A stretch of 64,000 bases of DNA from Entomortierella parvispora E1425 (lineage: Eukaryota > Fungi > Mortierellomycota). The position numbers and the translations under genes were made by a program. Below are positions 1-10,306 of this stretch, piece by piece. The stretch spans positions 310,001-374,000 of the forward strand of contig BQFW01000014.1 in NCBI GenBank assembly GCA_020891255.1, read 5' to 3'. Each line of letters opens with the position of its first letter. The first letter of the stretch is position 1. The notes beneath the pieces are model-generated. The model searched no databases, was not told the origin of the DNA, and saw only the letters and a program-made list of their open reading frames with translations.

Positions 1-207
1 CACGTGGTTATTCTCGACGATCCCCGAGGGCAAGGCGCACAACTCTTCCAAGGCCGTTGCCCTCTCGAGAAACAATTGTAGCTCAGAGCTGAATGGGCCA
101 AGAACACCGCCAAGAGTGAGCGACTTAAAAGATGCCGCACTCTTGACCACAGGAGCCAAAGACCTGATGATCAATGACGACGAAGATGACGAAGACGAAG
201 AAGACAT
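1..207 (-). CDS. F-box-less paralogue of the 3335-5038 LRR protein (5' part only; runs off the window edge)
   Basis: Manual translation from ATG at 207: [69 protein letters not shown], open to base 1. It matches residues ~313-368 of the 3335-5038 protein (IVRSFAPVLKRAASFKSLTLDGVLGSFSSQLQLFLERATALEELCALPLEIVENNHI). Confidence 0.6.
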   Translation of the reverse strand, partial: MSSSSSSSSSSLIIRSLAPVVKSAASFKSLTLGGVLGPFSSELQLFLERATALEELCALPSGIVENNHV

Positions 208-1036
208 AGCTGATTTTCAACAGGCCTAAGATGAGAGAAGGACATGATGATGAAGATGATAATGGGAAAAAAAGAGAAAAAAAAGTTAGTAAAGCATTCA
301 CAAAAGAGGAAGCATGCAAACAGGGGTGAAGGAAACAGGGGTGAAGGAGTGTGTTGTGGAAAGGAAATGAGAGATAGAAACGATTCGACATACCTGAAGC
401 TGGAAAAAGCAAGGCGTAGCAGATGGATGGGCGTGCACAGGTCCGAGAAAAGACTGCTGGCTAAGAGAGAGCAAGAGACACAAGAGAAATAATGAGTGGG
501 TGGCATGGGGCAATAAAGATATAGAGACGGTTCGACACTTTTCAAGTGCTGCCGCGAAAGCAGTTGAGAGAGGACCATACCTTTGTTCGGGGGCAAGAGG
601 ACTTGTGTCAAGCGCGAGGGCAAGAGAGGAAACAGGGCGTCGAGCGCATGGGCAAGAAAGCAGACGGGGCTTCGAGCGGAAAGACAGCTTGCTTGTAGGA
701 AGGCAGACGAGTCGAGCGACTAGTGATGGAAAGGGCGGGGAGGAGGAAGGAGGAAGGAGGAAGGGTAATAAATGGGGCGTTATTTCCAAGCAGTGCTGTG
801 GGGGGGGAGGGAAGTGTGTATGTATGTGGGTGAGGGTGAGGAGGAATGGTGAAGTATCATACCTGAGGTCAGAGAAATATCCAATGTAAACGCTGCTGGC
901 GAAAGATGGAGGCGATGGCAGCAGCGATGATGGTATTCTCTGGAAGGGGGTGCAGTATTCTCAAGTTGAACGCTTAAGCAAGACGAGCGAAGCAAAGAGA
1001 GAGCAAGGAACAAAAACAGAGAGAGGGAGGGTACAT

Positions 1037-1042
1037 CTTATA
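1037..1042 (-). promoter_or_regulatory. Putative TATA box (TATAAG) of duplicated F-box gene copy A; equivalent at 5928-5933 in copy B
   Basis: ttttcaatataagatg on the minus strand is conserved in both copies, just upstream of an ATG-free leader. Confidence 0.4.
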
Positions 1043-3334
1043 TTGAAAAAACATGGTCATGGTCAAGCGAATGCGACGGAGCCAGTGTTGGCACAGAAAA
1101 TTAAATAGAAACAATATAGGGAGAGGCGTGCCCTCATGTCCAGGTGGTCGGTACATCCCCCATGTCTGCTCTCTCTCTCCCTCTCTCGCCTGGATCACAG
1201 CGAAATGAGTGAGGACGGCAAGCGAGTGTATTCAGAGCCAGGATGACTGGCAGAGAGGATAACTGACATGTCCACCATAGGGCTGCCTCGAAGCTTCTTG
1301 AGAGAAACCCTCGCTGAGATCAACGGTTTTGACCCAAATGGATCCGACCATTTTGTGAGACGCAGTCGGACGGACGCCTTTGTCTTTCAGCAATCGGCCA
1401 GACACGAGGCAAAGAGGCTGACCGGGTTACAGACACCTCTGACAATAATGCCTCAGGGAGCGAGGAGGGCTGAGCAGCCAGGTCATTGACCTTATTGGTC
1501 TGTGAAAAGGTCTGTGGAAGAAGGGAATGGCCTGTGCGTTCTTGAAGGCGGACTCACCGAATGACTGAAAAGGGGGTGCAAAAATGACATCGCGTGATCA
1601 CGTGCAAAGAGAAAAGACAAAAGCGAACGCGCTCCTTCCTTTCATTCCATTTCTTCTTCACCTTTGCACTCATTCCGTCCTGCCCCCCTTACCTCACCTT
1701 TGATTGCCACACTACCTCCGCAGACACCGCTTGCTGCATTCTCTCACAACCCGTACATGGAAGCGAAAAAGACTTGGGTTCTCATGTTGTTTCATTGTTG
1801 CATGTCGCGTTTGCTTTGTTTGCTCTGTTATTTTGTTGTTGTTATTGCCCAAGTCTTTTGCACCCCTCTTGTCAGTCACTGCATCCTCTTACCCCCTTCC
1901 CCAGTGCGCCTCGACAGGGCACCATAGTCTACACCCTCGACTTGAGTCGGCTGCATGTCAGGATTCGAAGCTTTGGCCGGGAGGCTGGGGGTACCACGAC
2001 AGACGGCAATCTTGGAGCACTGTGGGGTGTATACCGCTGCTGGAGGGTTCACCAGGTATAGTATAAGGTAAGTGGGGCGCGATGGTCTGTCGCCTGCTCG
2101 TTGGCGCGCCCTGCACAGCTTGACCTTCCTTTGTTGGGAGCAAGTTGACTGAGAGCAGACCAGTATATAGTGTGTGTCAATAAATGATATGGTGTCCAAC
2201 AATACAATGATTTGACAAAGTGAACGCAACTTTTTGAAAAAACAGACAACGGCGCAAGGACTGAGAAGAAGGCCATGATTTTATGTGAAGGTTACAACCG
2301 TTGCTGCTTTGCTCAAGGATCCTAATCATCTTTGTTCGCTTTTTTCTCTGGGTGCGCAATGAGTGACAGAGCCGGCAAAAGTCAGAAGGTCCTCGCGAGT
2401 ATCCTTGCCCGAGACACAGGCAGTATCAGGTCCGATATGTTGACCTCGCCTCCTGGGTGTGGTCCTTGGTTTTTGGAGGGCTTTGCCTCTTTTCGTTCTT
2501 TTTCTCGCTCTGTCCTTGAAACTCGTCATCCGACACGCCATGGATGCAGAACGTATAGAGATTTGTCTTCGGGTAAGACTCTCGGTCCTCGTGGAGACGA
2601 CGCTTGGACAAACACCGCCTTATATCCTTTAGTGGCTCTCAGACGACAAACAGACATTTCGGTTCATCAGACAAGTTTGTTAGCCGCCAGCTGTTTGTTT
2701 TGGCCTCGATTCAACGCTGTCTACAACCACCACACGGAACTGAATTGTTTGCTACGTGCAAACCTCCACAGAGGCCAACCGAGTCTTCACCGACTGTGCT
2801 TGAACTGTTGACACTTGGAATGAGCTACATCAGACGTTACAGAGACACCCGCAAGACTCTGGCAACTCACGACTTGTCCCGAGGTCGCCACCGCCGTCGA
2901 GTGTTGTTCAGAGTCAAATGTCGATCATGTTTTTGGATTGTAAGCAGACGCTGGTCTTTGAGGGGCTTCAAGAACGTCATAAGTCATCACCAAGCAAATG
3001 TGTTGGTCATTGAATTGAGGGAACAGATCTGAAGTCTTTGAGTTGGGTTTGTGCGCAGATCAACCGACACATATATTTCCAAAAAAAAAAAAGAGAAAAA
3101 AAAGGGAACAAATTGGACCAAACATGACAGACCAAATGATGGCAGAACGAATAGGGCAGAGAAAAGTATGAAGAAAAAGAGAACATACAGAAGAAACAAG
3201 ATGAGGTAAAGAAGTGAGGGGGAACAACGAATGAAGCAGAGAAAGGAAAGGTATGGTACAGAAGATCAAGGAAGGCTACAAATACAAAGAAAACTACAGA
3301 TACAAATACAAATACAGATAAAATACAACGGCCA

Positions 3335-5038
3335 TTACTGCTCGTAAAGATCCCGGCCGACTCCTCGAGGATGTGCGTCCATCCATTCCTCAGCGGCTGC
3401 GGCTCGTCGACGCCATAGTCGATCAGCATGCGGAGGGAAATCGGTGATGCCAACAACGACGCTCAACGTCGGGAAGTTGTTGTGCATCCATTCCAGCTCC
3501 TGGCGACCGATCTCGTGCGCGATCCATCGAACGTCCAGAGTGTGGATAGCCCTCATGCCATGCAGAGAACTAAGGCCAGACTCCATGGAGAACAACAGAC
3601 AGTTTGTCTGATATCCTCCGCGTTCTTCTTCGCCGCCAACGAATCTCGGCGCCATCGTCTGACCCAACTTGAGGTGACGGAGGTTGACTAACTGGGACAG
3701 CTGCTCGTACGCAATGGCATGCTCCAAGCGGCACTCGACGGAAAGCGGCACAGCCTGACCCTCGGTAGCCGTACTCGTGCCATCCTCATAAGTAGGGTAC
3801 CGTCGCTCGATGAGAACCTCCAGGCACGTGAGGGTCCTAGCACAGCCCCATCTCCAGGCTGAACGATCGACACCGTCCAAGACCTCTTCTGCCCTGTCCG
3901 TCTTGTCGTGGAAGTTCCTGGCCAAGAGTCCTATGTGGTTGTTCTCGACGATCTCCAAAGGCAAGGCGCACAACTCCTCCAAGGCCGTTGCCCTCTCGAG
4001 AAACAACTGCAGCTGAGAGCTGAACGAGCCGAGAACCCCATCAAGAGTGAGCGACTTGAAAGACGCCGCTCTCTTGAGCACAGGAGCGAAAGATCTGACG
4101 ATTGGGGCAGAGATGGCCACCCTCTTGGTCTCTGTTCCCAGAGCCAACATCTCTCCCAACTCCTCCTCGTCAATCTCGCTAGCCTCCCATGCCAAGCTCT
4201 CGACGTTCTTCAGGAGCACGAGCAGCTCCTCCTTGACTTGATCGGAGGGATCCCAAGGGCCGACCAAGCTCCATCGAATCGCCTCGAGCTGCGAACACTC
4301 CCGGAGGAGGACCAAATAGCCGCTGCTGGACCCTGGAAGGAAGTCAAGCGACAGTTGCTTGAGGGCGGGCAGTTTTCGAGTCAATGCCGAGGACTCTGCT
4401 CCCGATCGGCTTGGCGCTTCCGCGAGCTCCGCTCCGACAAAGTTGAGATACAGGCTAGATATCGAGATGCTGCTGGACAGCAGGTCTAAGACTGCGGTCC
4501 AGTCGAGCCGACCAGTGCAAGCGACATGGTTCAGGCAGGAGTTTGTGCGCAGCACTGCTCCTAGCAACTCGAGTACGGCTCGTGTATTAAAAGGCTCAAC
4601 TCGAGGAAGTCGAAGATCGAGGTAACGCAGGCTGGTACAACCAGAGTACCGCAGGATGGCACCGAGCTCCACAAAGCGAGACCCTACGAAGGAACGCGTG
4701 AGTCGGCAGTGCCTCTTAAAGGTCGTGACCGCACTGAGTTCAAACAACTCAATCTGTCTCTCCTCGACCAGGCTCATGTCGCGAAACAGGTAGTCGATCC
4801 AAATGTCGCGGAAGCTATGATTCACACTCACACAGGACGCGAGGTCGACTGTGGAGAGGTGATCGGCAATGAGCCCATAGACTTCGGTGGGCAACAGAGC
4901 GAGACGTCCCAAGGACTCGGGCGAGAAGCGTACAGGTCTGACTGCAGCTATGACACCTTGTGCAGAGGGAGCGCCCGATGACGATGACGACGATGACGAC
5001 GATGATGGCGACGATGGAGACGACGACGGAGAAGACAT
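3335..5038 (-). CDS. F-box/LRR (RNI-like) protein, 567 aa, no intron in CDS
   Basis: F-box-like motif LALLPTEVYGLIADHLSTVDLASCVSVNHSFRDIW after a poly-Ser N-terminus; LRR-like LxxLxL repeats; C-terminal CLLFSMESGLSSL...IGRQELEWM typical of Mortierellaceae F-box/LRR families (recognised from memory). Confidence 0.8.
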   Translation of the reverse strand: MSSPSSSPSSPSSSSSSSSSSGAPSAQGVIAAVRPVRFSPESLGRLALLPTEVYGLIADHLSTVDLASCVSVNHSFRDIWIDYLFRDMSLVEERQIELFELSAVTTFKRHCRLTRSFVGSRFVELGAILRYSGCTSLRYLDLRLPRVEPFNTRAVLELLGAVLRTNSCLNHVACTGRLDWTAVLDLLSSSISISSLYLNFVGAELAEAPSRSGAESSALTRKLPALKQLSLDFLPGSSSGYLVLLRECSQLEAIRWSLVGPWDPSDQVKEELLVLLKNVESLAWEASEIDEEELGEMLALGTETKRVAISAPIVRSFAPVLKRAASFKSLTLDGVLGSFSSQLQLFLERATALEELCALPLEIVENNHIGLLARNFHDKTDRAEEVLDGVDRSAWRWGCARTLTCLEVLIERRYPTYEDGTSTATEGQAVPLSVECRLEHAIAYEQLSQLVNLRHLKLGQTMAPRFVGGEEERGGYQTNCLLFSMESGLSSLHGMRAIHTLDVRWIAHEIGRQELEWMHNNFPTLSVVVGITDFPPHADRLWRRRAAAAEEWMDAHPRGVGRDLYEQ

Positions 5039-6761
5039 TGCTGATGTTCGACAGGCTGAAGATGAGAGAAGGACATGGTGATGAAGAAGATGATAATGGA
5101 AAAAAAGAAGAAAAAAAAATAGAAATAAAAAAAAAAGAAAAAAAACGTTAGTAAAGCACGCACAAATGGAGAGGCATGCAAGCAGGGTTGTAAAACATAT
5201 TCAAGATGGATGGATGGATGGAGGAGGAGGAGGAGGAGGAGGAGGAGGAGGAGGAGGAGTGTTGTGGAAAGGAGCTGAGAGAGAGAAACGATATCACATA
5301 CCTGAAGCTGGAGAAAGCAAGACGTAACAGATGGATGGGCGTGCACAGGACCGAGAAAAGACTGCTGGCTAAGAGAGAGCAAGAGACACAAGAGAAATAA
5401 TGAGTGGGTGGCATGAGGCAATAAAGATATAGAGACAGTTCGACACTCTTCAAGTGCTGCCGCGAAGGCAGTTGAGAGAGGACCATACCTTTGTTCGGGG
5501 GCAAGAGGACTTGTGTCAAGCGCGAGGGCAAGAGAGGAAACAGGGCGTCGAGCGCAAGGGCACGAAAGCAGATGGGGCTTCGAGCGAAAGGACAGCTTGC
5601 TGGCAGAGGGCAGACTGGGCGAGCAGCTAGTGAAAGAAGAGGACGAAGAAAAGGAGGAGAGGGGGAGCAAATGAGGCGTTAGTTCCAAGCAGTGCTGTGG
5701 AAGGAGGGAAGCGTGTGTGGGTAAAGGAGAGTGGAAGTGCTGAAGTATCATACCTGGGGTCAGAGAAATGTCCAATGTAAACGTTGCTAGCGAAAGATGG
5801 AGGCGATGGCAGCAGCGACGATGGTGTTCTCTGGAAGGGGGGGCAGTATTCTCAAGTTGAACGCTGAGGCAAGACGAGCGAAGCAAAGAGAGAACAAGGA
5901 ACAAAAGCAGAGAGAAGGAGGGCACATCTTATATTGAAAAAAAGGCGGCGATGGTCAACCCAACGTGACGGACCCAATGTTGACACAGAAAATTAAATAG
6001 AAACCATACAATACAATACAAAGAAAAACAGTGGCAACAGAGAACATACGGCCACACGAAAACAACGGAACTGCTGACGAGGGAGACAGGGAAAGAGGTG
6101 CTTGGGCCTGGCCATGGACCCATCTTCTTTGGCCGGAGTCTGATTGTGTTTTGTAGTTCGCGTTTTGGCTGACAAGTTGATGAAGGCGATTCTTTCAGAG
6201 ACCGAGGTCAAATGTTGGGGTTGTACCAGAGCTAGAGAGATGCTGATGCTGTTTTCATCATCTGAGGGGAAGAGGGGGATCGGCGGGGCCCATCTTGGTC
6301 CCGGTGCCCTCTCTGCGGATAATGAGAGGAACAGCATCATTCCCCGGCAAACATTTGGATCATTTTGGACGCGCCAACAACGGCAACAGCATCCATAACC
6401 ACAAACAATCCAATCCCATTTAATCCAGTTCAATCCTGTCTGTTGTTCTATTGGCCGGCTGACTCGGAGAGAGAGAGAGAGGGAAGGAGAAAGGGAGTGG
6501 GGCGTGCCCTCATGCCCAAGTGGTCGGTACACCCCTACGTCTTTTCTCTCTCTTTTTCTCTCTCTATCTCTCGCCTGGGTAACAGCGAAACGAGTATATT
6601 CAGAAGAGTATGGCAAGCAGAGGGAATAGTTGACATGTCCACCATGGGGCTGACTTGATGTGAAGACCCTGTTTTTTTTGGCGAGTTGACCGATGCCCGC
6701 TGAAACCAACGGCTTTCTTCTTTGCCCAAAAGGATCCGTTCACATTGTGCGACGCAAAGAT

Positions 6762-6806
<45 letters not shown>

Positions 6807-7000
6807 CGAATGTTCCTCGGTCGGGACGGACGCTTTTGTCTTTGAACAATCGGCCAAACACGAGGCAAGGAGGACAAAAGGCGGGCATGACCGGGTTACA
6901 AAGACCGCTGCCTCAACAGACATCAGAGACAGTGCAGTTTAGGTTATTGACCTTATTGGTCGGTGAAAAGGTCCGTGGAAGAAGGGAATGGTCTGTGCCT
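3930..7000. repeat. Segmental duplication copy B
   Basis: Homologous to 1-1540; e.g. gacatgtccaccat, caatcggcca(g/a)acacgaggc and gaccttattggtc..tgaaaaggtc.gtggaagaagggaatgg occur in both copies. Confidence 0.9.
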
Positions 7001-8118
7001 CCGACGAGGAAAGGAAAAAAGTGACGCAGTCGCATCGCACGAACAGAGAAGGGACGAGACGACAGAGGGCCACTTGACATCGCCCGGTTTTTGTTTGTTT
7101 TTGTGGGATGCGAGGGAGAAGGGACTGAATTGAAAGAGCGTGGGAAATGGTATTGTAGCTCTTGCTCCCGTACATTCTTGTAGAGATGAAATGACAGGGA
7201 GGCAGTACTCTCGGTTGCAATGGAAAGAGATTCCCCCCTCCTCCTCCTCTTTTTGCAACCCACGACAGACACAGGAAATGAATGGGATGCATCGCAGATG
7301 AGGTGCACGATGTTCCGTCGCTGCTTGTGAGTTGCACGAAGCTGTGCTCTTGGGCAAATGGTTTGTTTGTTCATTCAGCACGCGCGTAAAAAAAAGAAAA
7401 AAACCCCTTCCCATTGTTCCACAACGTGCAGATCTCTCTGTCCGTTGAATCCAGGGAAAAAAAAGTGCGCGACCGCGTGCATCACGTGGAGAGGATCGCG
7501 TCCCCTTTGGTTCCTCGTCTCCTTTCACAGCTCTGCCTCTCCATCCTAGAAGAATCCGACTAACTATTGGCTCTACAGGTGGAAACCGGGATCCTTTCCC
7601 TTGGCAGCTGGGGGCCACAGCGATTCCAAGATAATCCTCCAAAAAAGCGACACTTCTACTCACATCAGCGTCGATGGTCGTTTCTACTTTGGCTGAGTGC
7701 GTGCGCCCAAGAATTGGCGCGCGTCTTTTCTGTTTTGTGGTTCAACAACATCCGAGGGAAAACGCGAATCGTTGGCGTCGAGCTGTTGTGATCGGCACTT
7801 GTCATGGCTTGGCGATCCGCAGTTTATTCAATAAAAAAAAAATCCTAAACCCTGTTGCTGCGTGCGAATGGGCTCTTTGAGCAACACGCGCCCAGTGGAC
7901 GGACAATCCTGGTACAGGCAAAAGATGGTAAACTCAATTGAGGGAGGAAGAGGGGGAAAACACCATGGCCTATAAGAAGGACAGGGTTCAAATACTCTTT
8001 TCTCTTTTTTTTTTCCACCTTCCTCTTCACCGAACTACGATTCCAAAAGCAACAGCCTCGCTATTCTCAACTTTGCCCACAAATCCTCTTACCAAAGAAA
8101 AACAAGACAAAAAAAAAA

Positions 8119-10112
8119 ATGACTGCCATGCACGTTCAAACCAACAGCCGCCAGACGATCGATCTGGGTGATGGCAAGACCATGCGCTGGTCCACGGCCG
8201 CAGACATTGACAACCTGGCCAAGCTCTTGAGCGAGTCCTTCAGGGTAAGAGGAGTAGAAGTTGACCTGTTACATTATTGCTCAATGGCTAATTTCTTCTT
8301 TCGTATAACAATAGTGGATGCCTGCTGGGGATCCAATGCCTCCCCTGGAGATCCCAGGTCCCAATGCATTCTTTGCATCTGCCACTGTAATTTTTATTGT
8401 CAAGTTTTGCAAATCGCTTCTCTAAATGCTTGCTCTGGGACTAACCCCACAAGCCTGTTCCTTGTTCCTTATGGTAGCGTCTGATGATGAGCGGCAAGAG
8501 CTCGGCCATGAGTGAGTACGACTTTGCGTTGGTCGAGGACAAGACCCGGTTTGGACAGGAAGGACAGAACCCCATCGTAGCTTGTGTGGCCCTGCACCGA
8601 TTCAAGGCCTACTATGGGTCTGTCGACATGTACTTTGGCAAGCCCGAGTTGATTGCCACTGATCCTGTAAGTTCATAATCCGTGTCCTCCCTCCGTGCCC
8701 TTCATCTTTTTGCATTCTCTAATCATCAAGAAACAAAACTCTTCCTAAAAAAAAAAAAGGCCTACCGCAACCAAGGATGGATCCGAAAGCTCCTCGTCGA
8801 GATGATCCATCCCGAATCTGAGGCCCGAGGCGATGCTTTGCAGGTGATTCCGGGCATCCCCTACTTTTACCGTCAATTCGGGTACGAGTACAGTCTCTGT
8901 TCCTACTCTGCCTTCACGGTCGAGTCCACCTCCTTGATCCCGCTCCCTCTCGATACCAAAGTCGAACCCTTCACCTTGCGTCGCGCGACTTTGAAGGACA
9001 TTCCTCTGCTGATGCGACTCTCCACCCCTGCGAACCGTCACGCGAACGCCATGATCGGTCAGCATTATACCCAAGAGTATTGGCAGTACACTGTGCACGA
9101 TGTTCTGGAGCTCAAGAACCATCGCTTCGATGCAGATCGCGAGACGAGCATCATTGTCGACACTGCTTCGGGCGCCGAGATTGGGTTCACGGTCATGTCC
9201 AGTCGTTTCTTGGGCCCCACTTTGTTGGCCTTGGGTTTGGAGGAGGGTCAGGAATATACTCAAGAGTTGACGCACTCGGCTTTGAGACAGTTGGTGCAAT
9301 GGTCCAAAAACCGATTGGCAGAAGACGCCAAGAACTCCGCAGAGGCCATGAAGTCCTTGAAGGAGGACGAGAAAGAGGGGGATACTGACGCCAAGGAAGG
9401 GTCTTCAGTGACAGAAGGTCTCACTAAAGCTATGGCTGCCGACAAGATCAAGGAGCAAGTCAAAGAGAAAGCCGAAGAGAACGAAAGTGCCAAAGAAGCC
9501 ACCGATGCGTCCACCTCGTCTCCCGCTGCTCCCGAGGCTACAGCACCCGAGAAAGAACCGGCCTTCGCCTTGGAGCTCGCCCTTCACGACCAGCACCCCC
9601 TAATTCTCCAACTCGGTACCGCAGCCACTCGACCGACCAAGCTCCAAAACCCTGGCATGCGTCTCTGCACCCGCATCGCCTCCTACCCCAAGTTTCTTCT
9701 CTCTGTCGCTCCAGAACTCGAGTCCCGCCTGGCTACATCCAGGACCTTTGCAGACTTGACAGGACTCGTCCGTCTAGATTTCTTTCGCCCTGCGGAAAAG
9801 AAGGGCGGCGCTCGGGGTCTAGAGCTCGTTTTCAAGGACGGACGGCTGATCTCGGCCCAGGATTGGGAACGCCCAGGCCCCGAGGGTGGATTGGAGGAGC
9901 GAAAGCAGTGGAAGGCATCGGGTGAAATGCCTCGGATCTTCTTTGCCAGTTTCCCACCCATGGTCTTTTCGAGTTTGGTCACGGGTCATCAGGATCTGGA
10001 TGATCTGTACATGATGTATGGAGACGTGCAGCTCAGGAACGAGGAGAGTCGAGAGTTGCTCAAGGTCTTGTTCCCCAAGGGCGACCATCATTTTGATCTT
10101 TTCTGCTGGTAG
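8119..10112 (+). CDS. Eis-like GNAT acetyltransferase, paralogue 1 (~579 aa)
   Basis: Exons 8119-8244, 8315-8386, 8478-8666, 8760-10112; all GT-AG and in frame. GNAT motif A region PELIATDPAYRNQGWIRKLL, GIPYFYRQFGYEY, and a C-terminal SCP2-like segment FPPMVFSSLVTG...LLKVLFPK. Confidence 0.8.
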
Positions 10113-10306
10113 AGAGTCCATCGTCTGTCCTTGAATACCTCTGTATCCTCCCCTTTGGCGGTGGCATGTACTTTTTTTGGAAGAAGTGAAAGGTGCACCT
10201 CCGTTTTGTATTGTAATAAATTTGTACACTATGTTTTTTTTTGTATCATACACACTTGTCAATGGCCGTTCATGGTCCATGTTTGGCGAAAAAGAGGAAA
10301 GGGTCA

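Larger units (their letters stand above)
1..1540. repeat. Segmental duplication copy A (F-box gene 3' part, 5' leader and promoter)
   Basis: Collinear similarity by eye: 1-170 with 3930-4100, 190-1100 with 5020-6005, and 1115-1540 patchily with 6500-7000. Confidence 0.9.

Noticed and set aside
1590-3300. Several 100-160 aa ORFs between the two F-box copies (possible transposon or F-box remnant)
   Set aside because: No recognisable domain, terminal repeat or consistent splice model in any frame I translated.
4948-5925. 325-aa minus-strand ORF upstream of the F-box gene
   Set aside because: Made of microsatellite/poly-T derived residues, broken into pieces in copy A, and overlaps the predicted 5' UTR introns.
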